Shown: positions 1-21,184 of the stretch, in pieces
How positions within the stretch are numbered: position 1 is the first letter of the stretch
Layout of the letters: the number at the start of each line of letters is the position of its first letter
Source: Macrostomum hystrix
Lineage: Eukaryota > Animalia > Platyhelminthes
Direction of reading: 5' to 3'
Length of the DNA: 64,000 bases
Assembly (NCBI GenBank): GCA_950097015.1
Contig: CATNEN010000029.1
Span: forward strand, 5,766,001-5,830,000
Notes under the pieces: generated by a model
What the model saw: only the letters and a program-made list of their open reading frames with translations
Database searches by the model: none
Told to the model about the DNA's origin: nothing
Made by a program: the position numbers and the translations under genes

Positions 1-1
1 T

Positions 2-3000
2 GTGGCAGCCTACTGGGTTGTTTCAATATCGCTGGTTTTCCTCAACAAGTACCTGCTGAGCAGTCAAGAGTTGAAATTGGATGCACCTTACTTTGTCACT
101 TGGTTTCAGTGCCTTGTGTCCCTAGTTCTTTGCTACCTGTTGGCTGGTCTGGCACATTTAATGCCAATGTGCTTCAGCTTTCCTTCTGTGGTTGTAAGTA
201 CCCGATCAATCTGCATGGGATTCCATGATTGAACTGCAGTTTGGGATTCCCATGATTGATGAAAGTCTGCAGTTTGGGATTCCCATGATAATTGAACTGC
301 AGTTTGGTACTCCCATGATAATTGAACTGCAGTTTGGTACTCCCATGATAATTGAACTGCAGTTTGGGATTCCCATGATAATTGAACTGCAGTTTGGTAC
401 TCCCATGATAATTGAACTGCAGTTTGGTACTCCCATGATAATTGAACTGCAGTTTGGGATTCCCATGATAATTGAACTGCAGTTTGGTACTCCCATGATA
501 ATTGAACTTCAGTTTGGTACTCCCATGATAATTGAACTGCAGTTTGGTACTCCCATGATAATTGAACTGCAGTTTGGTACTTCCATGATAATTGAACTGC
601 AGTTTGGGATTCCCATGATAATTGAACTGCAGTTTGGGATTCCCATGATAATTTAACTGCAGTTTGGGAGATTCCCATGATAATTGAACTGCAGTTTGGG
701 ATTCTCATGATAATTGAACTGCAGTTTGGGATTCCCATGATAATTGAACTGCAGTTTGGGATTCTCATGATAATTGAACTGCAGTTTGGTACTCCCATGA
801 TAATTGAACTGCAGTTTGGTACTCCCATGATAATTGAACTGCAGTTTGGGATTCCCATGATAATTGAACTGCAGTTTGGTACTCCCATGATAATTGAACT
901 GCAGTTTGGTACTCCCATGATAATTGAACTGCAGTTTGGGATTCCCATGATAATTGAACTGCAGTTTGGGATTCTCATGATAATTGAACTGCAGTTTGGG
1001 ATTCCCATGATAATTGAACTGCAGTTTGGTACTCCCATGATAATTGAACTGCAGTTTGGTACTCCCATGATAATTGAACTGCAGTTTGGGATTCCCATGA
1101 TAATTGAACTGCAGTTTGGTACTCCCATGATAATTGAACTGCAGTTTGGTACTCCCATGATAATTGAACTGCAGTTTGGGATTCCCATGATAATTGAACT
1201 GCAGTTTGGTACTCCCATGATAATTGAACTGCAGTTTGGTACTTCCATGATAATTGAACTGCAGTTTGGGATTCCCATGATAATTGAACTGCAGTTTGGT
1301 ACTCCCATGATAATTGAACTGCAGTTTGGGATTCCCATGATAATTGAACTGCAGTTTGGTACTCCCATGATAATTATACTGCATTTTGGGATTCCCATGA
1401 TAATTGAACTGCAGTTTGGGATTTCCATGATAATTGAACTGCAGTTTGGGATTCCCATGATAATTGAACTGCAGTTTGGGATTCCCATGATAATTGAACT
1501 GCAGTTTGGGATTCCCATGATAATTGAACTGCAGTTTAGAATCCCTTAATTAAAACTCAAAGCTCTAATATTTGTTTTAATATTTTAACTATGACCTATA
1601 TTGTGAAGTAGACCGGGGCTGAAGTTACTCTAGCGTCTTCCTTCTCAACCAGATCAGCCTTCAGGTGTGCCGCAAAGTGGCCCCGCTGTCGTTAATCTTT
1701 GTTGCCATGGTGACTTTCAACAATCTGTGCCTGAAAGACGTGGGCATCAGTTTCTATTACGCTGGCAGGTCGTTCACCACAGTGTTTAATGCGCTGCTGT
1801 CCTATGTTATTCTGGGCCAGACCACGTCACCCCGGGCCATTCTCTGCTGCGGCTTCATCATCATCGGCTTTCTGCTGGGCGTCGATCAAGAGAAAGTGTC
1901 AGGTAGGCGCGCATCATCCTACTGTTAGTAGAGCAATTTGTTACGTTTCATCGGAGTCCGCACCGCCAATCCTAATCGCAGGCTCCCTGTCTGTATCTGG
2001 CGTTGTCTATGGCCTACTAGCTTCGCTATTCGTTGCACTCAACGCCATATACACCAAGAAGGTGCTGCCAGCCGTTGACAATAACGTCTGGAAGCTGACG
2101 TTGTACAATAACTTAAACGCGGTTTTGATCTTCTTGCCGCTGCTGATTCTCACTGGCGACCTCACGGCTGTGGCCGGCTTCCAGCTGCTTGGCTCCACTG
2201 CCTTCTGGCTGGTGATGCTAGCCTCCGGCTTGCTGGGCTTTGCCATCGGTTACGTCACAGGCCTGCAGATCCAATTCACCAGTCCGTTGACGCACAATGT
2301 CAGCGGTACGGCCAAGTCCTGCGCCCAGACTGTGCTAGGCTACTTTGTTTATAGGGAGGTAAAGACCGGCTTGTGGTGGCTCAGCAATGTCTTGGTGCTA
2401 GCGGCGTCGTTTGCCTACGCCATGGTGAAACGACAGGAGATGCGGCTGCAGCACCAGCTCGAGATGGCGCGCATGGCTGCCAAACTGGAAGAGGGAGGCG
2501 ACTGTGAGTGCTTGCTGACGCGCAAGACTGTGTTTGGGAGGGATTATTCCTTGGGATCTTCTTGACTGCACAAACCTCTTAACAGTTTAAGCATCCTCTT
2601 TAATCCTTAGGTTCTCAACCCACCCATATTTTCAGGTGGGTTCACAGCCCTCCCAGATCCTCAGGTGAGTTCTCAGCCCTCCCAGATCGGGTTCTCAGCC
2701 CTCCCAGATCCTCAGGTGGGTTCTCAGCCCTCCCAGATCGGGTTCTCAGCCCTCCCAGATCCTCAGGTGGGTTCTCAGCCCTCCCAGATCGGGTTCTCAG
2801 CCTTCCCAGATCCTCAGGTGGGTTCTCAGCCCTCCCAGATCCTCAGGTGGGTTCTCAGCCCTCCCAGATCCTCAGGTGAGTTCTCAGCCCTCCCAGATCG
2901 GGTTCTCAGCCCTCCCAGATCCTCAGGTGGGTTCTCAGCATCCTCAGGTGAGTTCTCAGCCCTCCCAGATCGGGTTCTCAGCCCTCCCAGATCCTCAGGT

Positions 3001-3797
3001 GAGTTCTCAGCACTCCCAGATCGGGTTCTCAGCCCTCCCAGATCCTCAGGTGAGTTCTCAGCCCTCCCAGATCCTCAGGTGGGTTCTCAGCCCTCCCAGA
3101 TCCTCAGGTGAGTTCTCAGCCCTCCCAGATCGGGTTCTCAGCCCTCCCAGATCTTAGATCCTCCAGATCCTCGGTGAGTTCTCAGCCCTCCCAGATCCTC
3201 AGGTGAGTTCTCAGCCCTCCCAGATCGGGTTCTCAGCCCTCCCAGATCCTCAGGTGAGTTCTCAGCCCTCCCAGATCGGGTTCTCAGCCCTCCCAGATCC
3301 TCAGGTGAGTTCTCAGCCCTCCCAGATCCTCAGGTGAGTTCTCAGCCCTCCCAGATCCTCAGGTGGGTTCTCAGCCCTCCCAGATCCTCAGGTGGGTTCT
3401 TAGCCCTCCCAGATCGGGTTCTCAGCCCTCCTAGATCCTCAGGTGGGTTCTCAGCCCTCCCAGATCCTCAGGTGGGTTCTCAGCCCTCCCAGATCCTCAG
3501 GTGAGTTCTCAGCCCTCCCAGATCCTCAGGTGAGTTCTCAGCCCTCCCAGATCCTCAGGTGGGTTCTCAGCCCTCCCAGATCCTCAGGTGGGTTCTCAGC
3601 CCTCCCAGATCGGGTTCTCAGCCCTCCTAGATCCTCAGGTGAGTTCTCAGCCCTCCCAGATCGGGTTCTCAGCCCTCCCAGATCCTCAGGTGAGTTCTCA
3701 GCCCTCGCAAATCTTCAGATTCTATCACTCTAAGCTGTACTTTGCTTTTTTTCCAGCCGGGCCCCTGTGGCACCTGAAGAAGCCGAGCACGTCTTGA
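2..3797 (+). CDS. SLC35C1: GDP-fucose transporter (nucleotide-sugar transporter, SLC35C1 family), 5'-partial, 4 exons in window
   Basis: Exons <2-193, 1653-1902, 1982-2503 and 3757-3797 are joined by phase-consistent GT-AG introns. The translation contains family-typical segments: [81 protein letters not shown]. The last exon is less certain: unspliced read-through stops at 2565. Confidence 0.93.
215..1545. repeat. Tandem array, 30-bp unit ATTCCCATGATAATTGAACTGCAGTTTGGG (~44 copies), fills SLC35C1 intron 1
   Basis: Direct 30-bp periodicity with two main variants (GGGATTCCC and GGTACTCCC). It explains the repetitive ORFs at 133-1549. Confidence 0.97.
2632..3718. repeat. Tandem array of mixed 29-bp (TTCTCAGCCCTCCCAGATCCTCAGGTG[G/A]G) and 22-bp (TTCTCAGCCCTCCCAGATCGGG) units in the last SLC35C1 intron
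   Basis: Direct periodicity. The array lies between the donor at 2504 and the acceptor at 3756. Confidence 0.95.
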
Positions 3798-4643
3798 CTG
3801 ACTGACCTCTGAGTGATTGATCCATGGTAAACCGTGGATACATACAGTAATTGCGAATAGCGCAATGAATTCTCCTGTTTTCATCTCTGTACAGTATTGG
3901 CAATCCCAGTGTGTGCCTTGTTCGTCAGCAAGTTTCTGTTGTTACTTAACTATTCTATGCAATCATAGCAGTAAATATAATTCGCGTGTTCTTATTAACG
4001 CTCTTATTAGTGTTCTTACTATTGCTCGTACATGAGCATATAAAATAAATTGGTATTCAAGAAATAAAACTTTTGCTGAAAATTATTTTTATCATTCCGC
4101 TGCAATCAACTTGCGTTTAAATTTCTGCGGATTTAAACGGCCTTTCATATTTTCATACAACAGGCAATGCTCAATTGAAGCAAACATGGAGAAGACTGGC
4201 GCGGAAGTACTGAAAGATCGATGCGATTCAATAATAAGTTTAGTTAAGGTGCCAATCTGCGAATGTTGAAAAGAGTATCTATTTGTGGAAAAATATAAAT
4301 TCAAAATTATCCTACTTTATCAACTCAAATAAGATATCAAAAAAACGGACAGGTGTCACAGCTTGCTAAACACAATTTGCGGGAGATTAAAAATAGATTT
4401 GCACTGCGTGCGAGATTCGCTTTGACAGCCAATAATAGATCAGACAGGTAAAAAGCACACACACAGCATTGCTGAGTAAGCTGATTGGTATGTACAAAAT
4501 GAATTGATGCTACAGGTGTGTAGACTGTGTAGCACATGAGCTTGTGAGCTAATTAACTTACGGAAAGTGATATGGATATAATTAGTGCATTGTGCATTTT
4601 CAGTGTTGGCACTGTGTGAATTAGTAAAGCTTGCATTCATTCA

Positions 4644-9834
<5,191 letters not shown>

Positions 9835-11890
9835 GGCTGCAGTCTCTCTGTCTGGTATTATCAAAGCTGACTTGAAATGCAAAAACGACTGTTTTAAGTA
9901 TTCAACCTGAAATATAAATATAAGAATATAGATGGCGTGCCGCTTAAGCTAAGGGAGAATTATTAGTTCGATACTGGAACAATAATTTGCAAAAAAGAAT
10001 ATTAATTAGCATTGTAAAATTTTTTAAAAAGAATACAATAAGCATATGGAACCACTTTGAACTAGAAGGCGAATGGGTTTGAGTGCACACTCATTCCTTC
10101 CTTCATTCTCTCCTCAAGCTCACCCTAGAGTCAGCCTGAGATTTGTTTGAGCAGATTTTGGCCAGAAAGGAGCAGTGTCGCTGGGGCTTAAGCAGGCTAA
10201 GAGTCGAAGCCAGGCTAGTCAGTTAAACAAAAATTCCACTTCAGTATAGCTTTATAACAGAGCACGAAAATGACGGGACAGAGAATTTTCCAATGGCATT
10301 TCAAACAATTCATTTTAATAGCCTTCCTGCACCTATACTGCTCGGGTCTGTCCACATTAAACACCAGTCCATATGCTAGTGGTTAGAAAACATTGTTGCA
10401 GTAATGTAAGTGAACTCAATACACCCAATGAAAATGACACAGACATCTAAAGTTGCTTCAGTTCTATTTTAATTACTATAGAAGTGCACAAGAGTAATTA
10501 CAAATAATAGCAAAATAGGGACTGAAAACTACTAGCAAGCTTCAGTGCCTCGATGTCATTGGACTAGACATATGCAAATGACTTTTTAGTCACCGAATCT
10601 TTTTTTCTGCAAGTATGTTTTGGGCTTATCATAAGGATAAGCAGCGGCTGCTTGATGCCGAAACGGAGAAGGCAAATGCCCTGCTAGAAGAATACCAGCG
10701 AAAGACGCTCGCCCTGCAAGTGAAGCGAAAGACGCTCGAGAAGGAAGGACAGCAGTTGGCTGAGAAGAAGCGCAAAACATCAGGTGCACACAAAAATTGA
10801 AAAGGGAGGTGAACTATGAACATATGTCATGTGCAGATGATGGGGAAGCAGTGGTGTGCTACTAATGTACTATTTGCTAATCTGCTATGACTGGTATTAT
10901 GGTATTAGTACTATGGTACAACATTCTTCTCACTTGCCGCTTTCCCACAAGTAGGGGTGTTTCGTATGTTATATTCCGAAAAAACAACATACAAAGCATA
11001 CTGAAACATACTCAGTTTTCATCATGTTCCCTGAAGAAACATAACAGACAAGTTAGTAGGCCTCGAGTTACATGTAAGAGTGTACAAAAGGGGCTTGCCT
11101 TTTGCAAGTTGGTTACCACACCACACACCACACTTGTTCATTGTGTAACTCTTGTAACTATAAGTTTTCTTGTTAAAAATAACTTATTTCTTTAAAGCAG
11201 TATATTTAACATAAAAATGATCAAATTGATGCACCTAGGATTAAATTGGGTTCTTCTATACCACAAAATTTTGACCACAGACAAAAGGATATATTTTCTC
11301 CTAAGTCTGACTTTAATATATATTATTAAATTGAAAGCTTGCAGTACCAACAAGGCTGCAAAAATATTAACTAAAGTATTAGTAGTATTTAGTAATAAAA
11401 GTAGATTAATACACAGACAAGCAACATCAGATTTACAATAGAATTATATCTTTCAATGCTTTGCCAATAAATTAGTTTTTTACTGCCTGTACTATTCCAC
11501 AATAGCAATTGTAAGTTTGTAAATCTTTTGAAAATTGTTTTTCAAAGTTTTTGTAGCAATTGGTGACAAGGGTGCCTAACGAATAAGGCAACTGGTGTAA
11601 TTCCTATAGCCTAACATCTATCATTTTAACAAAGGCGATAAAAGAGTATACATCTTTTATAGTCAAAAGCCAAAATACCTATGGCAATGATAAAATATAT
11701 ATATATATAATATTCAAGAAGCACATACCACTTACAAAGTAATTTTGATTAACTTTGAAGCTGTAACATTTGCTTTGTAAATTGATGCTTAGCCTAAGGA
11801 AATACATTAGGACCTACTTCAGAATTGCTTTAATTTTCTTGTATGAATACCTATATAAAGTTCACTGAACAGTGGACAACTTTTGGACTA

Positions 11891-12132
11891 TAGTCAGGAA
11901 GGTGGCATGGCATGCGCTAGAATAAATTTTGGAGGGACAATCTGTGCACTGCCTGTGCGCCATCTGTGCGCCATTTATGTGCTGTTTCTGTAACCTAACC
12001 CTGACCCTACACAGAAAAGCACCCTATGTTAACCAGAGACCCTTTGTGTGCGCCACTGCTTGTGCACCAATGTGTGCCAAGACCCTTTGTGTACATGGGA
12101 ATTTTCCCCCTTAGAGGCCACCTTCCTGACTA
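11891..12132. mobile_element. Short MITE (~240 bp) with terminal inverted repeats TAGTCAGGAAGGTGGC / GCCACCTTCCTGACTA
   Basis: Perfect 16-bp inverted termini. The outer TA on each side may be a TA target duplication. Internal TGTGCGCCA repeats and a TAACCTAACCCTGACCCT motif. Confidence 0.7.
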
Positions 12133-15110
12133 TGGCTTTTGGAAAACAATAGGGGCCTAGCTACTGTCTACAAGTAGAAAACCTTATAAAATTAGCCAAA
12201 TAGTAAACATAAGTGAGTGTTTATAGTAAAACTATAATAGTTATATTTCAGTTTGTCTTTCTGAGCCAACAAGACTCAGGAAGCTCAACAAAGAAAATTC
12301 TGAAATCCATTGCTAGATGATCTCTATGGGGCTTAGATCTCTAAGAGATCTAATGATTTTAATCTTAAAATCAAGTTGCACAAGTGGCACAAATAAGCTA
12401 TTGATATATATAGGATAGTTAGATCACATATTCACATTGTCTCATAAGATAGAGCTTGCAAGTATGAGGCAGGCCTAGCTTATTTTAGAAAACTATTTAT
12501 TGGTCAATTCTGAGTTTCAGTTTCCAATCTTATTGTCTGCTGCCAGTGCCATCTCATCTGCTATTTACTTATATTTTAAAAGCAAATTTGTAAAAACAAA
12601 GACTAGCTATGGCAAAATTCTTTTTTTCCCTGCAAAATGACTATATATATATATAGAGAGAGAGAGAGTTTTCATTTTTAGTATAATTGAATAACAATTT
12701 TTTTTTTCGAGAAATTGTAGTTGTGGTCAACGTCAACAATAGCTTGTACCAGAGCAAATTGATGTTATAAATTATATACTAAAAATGAAATGGTTGCTTG
12801 CTTGGTTCGTTGCTTATAAATGAACTAAAAATAAGATGCTTCTTTTTTTGTTCTAAATTTTATCAAGAGGCTTGATAATAATATTGTTTGAAACTGTAGG
12901 AGTTACAAGTGTGACAAGTTCGGTAGGAACGCATTTTCATAATAGTCTTTAAAAAAAGCTATTTATAGCATCGCACCATATTTACAATTGTTTTAAAACT
13001 TTGTTTAGCGGGTGAATTTATATAAGATCGTATGCACATCTAACAGAAACCAATTGAACCAAATATTTTTTGCTTTGCATCTAGGTTCTTTGTTTTAATG
13101 CAAAAAGAACTATTTAAAATATCGTTTTCACATTTAAATTATCGTGGCGATACCGTGAACTTGCATTAAATGCTCTTGCTACTTTCTGCTACTGGTTACT
13201 GCCTTTGCAACTTATTGGTTCAGGCAATTTATAATCCACTCTATCCCTTAAGAATGCAAATTGAATATTTTTAAAGTAATTTTAACTTGCTTGAATAGCA
13301 ATTACAAGTTTAGAATCGCTTGTTATTTAATTTCCTTTGTAAAAAGGCACTGAATGGCACATCATTATTTCTGTAACGTGAAATTCAAATAAAAACAGCT
13401 ATATGTAGCTACTCCTTCGCTAAGGAGATCACTTATCGCTGTCAAAAAGTATGTGACACCATTCGTAGTTGAAAATGCTTTCGCTGAAAGCTTCTGGTTT
13501 AGAAACTTCATTAGAGGCTGCATTTAGAAGTTTGATTGAAATTAAGCACGACTAAGAACAGAAATAACAACAGTCTATAAAATATTTGTTATTCGATCGA
13601 TGAAACTCACTTGTTGGTAGCACGATTCTGTTTATTTATCAAATTTGTAAAAATACAATCAAATCTAACGCGACTGAAAGCCGTGATAACAACACAGTGA
13701 CAGTTCCGCAAAAATTTTAGTGACGTAGCTTCTTCTGAGCCAGAACTTTTAGCCAGATGATAATTCTATCAAAAAGCACAACACATGAGCCCCATGTTGA
13801 TTTAGGGAGCACATATCTCTCAGTATATTAGGGTAACCATGGAGACAGAAAGCTTTTAACCGCTGTTATCATAATTTTTACAATAATAAAATAGGAATAC
13901 GAAATAAAATAATTGGGCTACACCGGAAAACAACAGATAGTAATAAGAGCGCGCAGTAATAAGAGTTGAAATAATTTCAGCTTGCATAAGGGGCTGTAAA
14001 AGTGTTTAGACTTACGACTTATAAGGGTACAATAGACTAAACTACACTGAACGAAGTTCAACAAAGAAAACAAATTTATACACTTCTGTTAGATAGTTTG
14101 TGTACAGTATGCATAGATTATGATAGCATAGTTACGACACAAATTATAGGGATAAAACTACAAACGATTTGGGAATCGCTAGCCCACTATGTTGCGCAAC
14201 AGCTTTGCGCACATATAGCGATAAAATAACTGCACAGAAAGCAATATGGGCTTTGTAAGTAAGTAAGAATGGAGATTACTATTAAGTCGCACACAAACAT
14301 TGCACTTAATTAAAGAAAAAATGTGCGTTTTGATTGCGTTTCGAAACGCCATCATGTACAGTTAATCAATGGACACGTTTATCGCTTTTTTTCAAACTTT
14401 TTTTTATACACTAAAACTAAAAAATAAATAAACAATGTCGCAACTGAGGCTGAAAAGTTTTCACGATTTTCCAAACGGCAGCTAGGAGGCGGTAAGTCAG
14501 CATTACAAGATATAACTAAATGTCGGCTAAAGTGGCACAAGTGTATTATAATGATATAGCCATGTATTTGACTATTAAATACGAACAGCGGAGTAGAAAA
14601 ATTAGCAAAGTTAGTTTTTAAAACACAATAGAGTTAACACCGCGATTCTCTTCACAGAAGTCTAGGCAGAAGAATAAAATTCACATTCATCAACGTTCTT
14701 TTCAATCAACTACAAAAAAAGAAATGAATAAAATATTTGAAAGGGCCACGCGGCTAGACTAATTTTTTCGTTCATCATTAACTACGGTGCAGGAGGATAA
14801 AAAAGTTTTAGAAAGTAACAAAAAAATGACAAGCTTATACAGCTCTGACTGACCTACTGCTAGGTAGCTCAGTTTGTGCAAGATGATAAAAATACTTATT
14901 AATTAAACTGAATTAAACTGCCCAGAGTGCTAGGAAGAAAAACCGAAAGTGTCGCACCTTTAGCAAAGCAACGCTGCACGAGCCATATTTGAATTGCTGG
15001 AGGAATTATTGAAGACAATCCGGGCTGACGGGGGCTTGGCGGTTGCGGCCCACAGCTAGGTGGCCTCCGCGCCAACGCTGCGCGCCTGCCGTTTCGCCGC
15101 CTGGGCGCCG

Positions 15111-17995
<2,885 letters not shown>

Positions 17996-19195
17996 CTCAG
18001 CTGGCGCACTCCGCTATACTGAGTACTAGCCCTAATTGATGCTCAGCTAAAGACAGCTTCAATTAGATGTGACAGCTAACTTGTCTGAATACAGCTGAAT
18101 ATGAGTTGAGTTGAAGATGCACATTTGAGTGTTTGCATAGATATTAAACCATAAGTTCAGTTTCTTCACATCTAGCAAGGCAAAGCACTGACGCTTTTAA
18201 AAAGTTTGTTTCGGGAAAGCAAATTACAAAAGTTAATCACATGCAAGTAACAATGTACTCTAGAAAGAAGGTTAAAGTTAGCCAAGAAAAGTGTAATTTA
18301 AATGGACAGACAATCAAGGCACAATTTTTTCTAATTGACTTGGGATTTGAAGCACCTCACCTTTCAGTTGTAAGTCCCTTACTCTGAAGTACTGATGTGC
18401 TAATCAAAAGACCTAAATGTATATGTATATATGTATCAATTATAAGTAGTAAATGCCTGAAACTACTTATAACCACCTTCTTTACAGCACCATCAATTTA
18501 TATTCATATTTATGATCAAGCTATGTTAGTTCTTTATAATTTAAGCTAGAGTTGCCAATTAGTGGCATTTGAACTAAATTATTATAAAAAACTACAGTTC
18601 ATGTGACAACCAGGATCTTGTGGAATTATGCCTACCCAGTTGCTAGTTACTCAGAAGATGGAATTTCATAAAAATTAAGTCAGCTTGAAATTGACACACT
18701 TAACCAAGGTGCCATTATGACATCTACATTCCTGTTTTTCAATCACAAGTTTTATGACATTTGATCCCTTCTGCACCTTTTACTTTCCTATCAAAGGACT
18801 GTGCAAAAAGTCACTAAGTTTTAGTTCTGGTGTATGGAGATGGCTGGGAATGCTAATTAAGCAAGAAGCTCATTGAATCAAATTTGACACAGAATTGATG
18901 TCTTAGCAATCTTGCTTGTTTGGTTGCCTAAACTGCAGTGCAATGGTCTGACAGACAAAGGCCAATATTTATAGGGAAAGAGATAGCAACAAAACAAATT
19001 TTATTTTAAATGGAACTGAAGTCACTTTCTTTTTTTCAGAGCAACTGTAATGCCTTGATTTAAAAAGCAATATTATATAGCATTGAAAGTGTCCAACAAG
19101 TGTTTCTGCTTGTTGTAATTGACAATGAGGATATCAATAACCACTTTGTGTGTACCTACGAGGATAGTAAGCATATTCAATCAATTATACTAGAT

Positions 19196-20330
19196 CAGTG
19201 GTTCTCAACCTGTGGGTTGTGACCCCCAGTGGGGTCGCGTGACCATTTTCCGGGGGTCGCAGCAAAAAGAAAAATAAAAAAATGTATTTTTTTATTGGGG
19301 AAGAACCCTTTAGAGATATTAGAGTAAAACATTTTTTGAAAAAGTAAAAGTAAGTCAAAGGCTGTTAGCTACATTGCAATGGCTATAGCACTAGCGGCCT
19401 AGCACTCAACTTGAAGTCACAACACAAAATATGCACGCAGTTGCAAGCTAAGCCTGTTCTGCTAGATATGGGCTGAGTCACACGACACCACACAACAAGC
19501 AAAACAAACTTTCCTTCTCTGTCTCCCTTTTACCTTGTTACCCCAGCGAGTTTTAAACGAACAATCGCAACTCCTTACCCAGAGGAGGAACTCCTCTCAC
19601 CAATCCACCCTCACATTTAAATGCATTCCCATTCTTTTTGGCTTAGGATTAGGGTTAGATTAGGATTAGAGAGGCATCTGCTTAGATATTCAATCTCATC
19701 TGTTGTTAATGGTATTGTCTGCAAACTCAGGTAAGTGCAGTTATAATGAAGCATTTCTTGAGTTAGGTTTCACAACTGCGAATGAAAAACCACAATGTGT
19801 TATCTGCGAAGTCACATTATTGTCAAAGGAGTCAATGAAACCAAACAAACTCAAGCGTCATCTGCAAACACAGCACCCTGAAGTTGCAACTAAGCCATGC
19901 GAGTATACTTAATGGAGAAGTTAAGGCATCAAATTCCATCAGTTGGTATCACTGAACCAGCGTGCACAGGCAGCGTGCACAGGAAAGAACAGTAGTGCTG
20001 TGAAACGCATCCAAGATGTCACGCCTGACGCTAGCTGGACACATTGCTTTATCCATCATGAAGCACTGGCAGCCAAAGACTTGTCAGCTGACCTCCACGC
20101 CATCTTGACAGACGTTCCCATGGTGAATTTCATCAAAAGCTGACCTCTGAATCATTGACTGTGCACAGTGCTGTGCGACGAAATGGGGGCTGAGCACAGT
20201 TCCCTCCTTCTCCACACCAAAGTTCGCTGGCTATCGCATGGTCGCATGCTTATTATAGGGGTCACAAACAAACAAAAAAGATGCAAGGGAATAAATTAGG
20301 GTTGCCTGAATAAAAGGTTGAGAACCGCTG
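19196..20330 (+). mobile_element. Internally deleted hAT transposon, Buster/Charlie group (1135 bp)
   Basis: TIRs CAGTGGTTCTCAACCT / AGGTTGAGAACCGCTG (15 of 16 match). 8-bp TSD TACTAGAT at 19188-19195 and 20331-20338 fits the nnnTAnnn Buster consensus. Transposase remnants: KPQCVIC...SMKPNKLKRHLQT, WTHCFIHHEALAAK, LLLHTKVRWLS, with stops and deletions. Confidence 0.93.
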
Positions 20331-21184
20331 TACTAGATTACATGGTTGCTGGGCATTTCAGTGCCTTTGCTTTTTGGTAACTTTTTGATGCATTTCAGTT
20401 CCTACAAACACATGAAATATAATACATTTTATAGCATTACAATGCATTATTAGCAGCATGTTGGTCCTATTGTTTTGTTTTTTTCAATGCATGACACCAT
20501 TTGTTGTTGTAAGTGCTCATAGCTTGTAACTATTGTAATTTCAATTGTACTACTACAGTAGTGAGCTGTAAATAATGTGTTACGTACATGTACATCAAAG
20601 ATAACATATTTCTAAAATCAAAACATACGAATCTCAAAAGTAATCTAAAAATATATAATCAGGCAAAAAGTCTAATGACTATAAATTTGTCCTCAATCTC
20701 TTTGAAACCTTTCGCCAAAGGCACAGCCATCTGTCTTGATCATGGACTATAAAGCTATTGCATGAAACACCTCACATTGAGTTTTTCTTATTGTCGCTTA
20801 TTGGACAATGCAGACAAAAATACATAATGCTTGGGGGCAGTTATCAGATAGTATGATGACTACAACTTAGCTTTTTGTCACCTGTACCCATTTTGTTGGC
20901 TATTAAACAATTGGCTATTAAACAATGTATCTTTCAGTTTTATTTACTTTGTTTTTACTGTGTTTTTATGCAATGGCTTTTAATTTTTGCTTTATTGCTT
21001 ATTTACTCACTTTTTGTGTTGCAAATAAATTGTGATACAAATATAATCTGCCTTAGTAGTACAATTTGAATTACAATGGTTCAAAGCTACAAGCATTTAC
21101 AAATAAAAAACAAAGCAACAAGACAGACACATGGCTAATAATGCATTTTAGTTTATACCACGTCTTTTATGTCATGTATTTGTG

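Noticed and set aside
133-1549. Long repetitive ORFs (461, 290 and 243 aa) as proteins
   Set aside because: They are in-frame by-products of a 30-bp intronic array lying between well-supported SLC35C1 exons.
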